From: Gemmatimonadales bacterium
GTDB lineage: Bacteria > Gemmatimonadota > Gemmatimonadetes > Gemmatimonadales > GWC2-71-9
DNA length: 64,000 nucleotides
Reading direction: 5' to 3'
Assembly (NCBI GenBank): GCA_035526925.1
Contig: DATLBL010000017.1
Coordinates: forward strand, 21,071-85,070
The notes under the pieces are model-generated. The model was not told where the DNA came from and did no database searches. It was given only the letters and a program-made list of their open reading frames with translations. Each line of letters begins with the position of its first letter. Position 1 is the stretch's first letter. A program made the position numbers and the translations under genes. Shown here piece after piece: positions 63,926 to 64,000 of this stretch.

Positions 63926-63954
63926 ATTCTATGAGCTTAAGTGTTGTCTGTCAA
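63926..63954 (-). promoter_or_regulatory. Near-consensus sigma70 promoter TTGACA-N17-TAGAAT for the HU/IHF-like gene
   Basis: The minus strand reads TTGACA gacaacacttaagctca TAGAAT. It lies about 52 nt upstream of the ATG. GGGGGA lies 3 nt before the start. Confidence 0.6.
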
Positions 63955-64000
63955 GGGGTTGGCGTTCCGCGTGGCGTTCTTGCGGCGCAGTGAGGTCATG

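Noticed and set aside
63961-64000. A possible gene start at the extreme right edge (reverse ATG at 63997-63999).
   Set aside because: Reading inward gives only a ~20-codon ORF that ends in TAA and overlaps the HU promoter. It is most likely non-coding. Anything to the right is outside the window.

Overview
High-GC (roughly two-thirds G+C by eye) bacterial chromosomal window, densely packed and almost entirely housekeeping. I call about 62 protein-coding genes. I found no rRNA or tRNA genes, no CRISPR array and no recognisable mobile element. Most genes lie on the minus strand in long co-directional strings, and many are linked by start/stop overlaps (ATGA, GTGA, TGATG, TAATG).

Gene content, left to right:
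- kdsA (truncated at the window edge), pyrG, kdsB, and trpG/pabA.
- An ABC ATPase with a large polytopic partner.
- A CzcCBA-type RND efflux operon.
- xerD and a DedA-TerB fusion.
- ispF and futalosine-pathway menaquinone genes (mqnC, mqnA, mqnE).
- An orphan 206-aa gene behind the largest intergenic gap in the window.
- An AI-2E/PerM permease.
- The classical yceD-rpmF-plsX-fabHDG-acpP-fabF cluster.
- ndk, sucDC, carbamate kinase, a UPF0182 membrane protein and phosphomannomutase.
- A complete 14-gene nuoA-N operon.
- dcd, then two secreted M1 metallopeptidase paralogs flanking a CHAD-CYTH protein.
- A barrel-like protein plus an LVIVD-repeat lipoprotein directly behind mdh-sdhCAB.
- trmL, moaA, moaE, moaD and an HU/IHF-type protein.

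The gene repertoire (futalosine pathway, Bacillus-type single cytochrome b SDH, M1 peptidases, LVIVD proteins) suggests Gemmatimonadota or a related lineage. That is only a low-confidence inference.

I do not see a clear-cut novel multi-gene system such as a defence island. The best candidates for follow-up are:
1. The 486-nt repeat-rich, GC-depressed intergenic region and the adjacent orphan gene (18344-19450).
2. The His-rich barrel plus LVIVD lipoprotein pair coupled behind sdhB (54384-56818).
3. The inverted-order CHAD-CYTH protein between two M1 peptidase paralogs.
4. A recurring TTGAYN-N17-TACCTT promoter-like motif that sits on or just before start codons, implying leaderless mRNAs and a CTG start for carbamate kinase.
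5. A non-canonical CX5CX2C cluster motif in the MqnE-like radical SAM enzyme.

All product names come from motif recognition in the translations, with no database search. Many start codons were re-placed relative to the ORF track, whose ORFs often run far upstream because stop codons are rare at this GC content.
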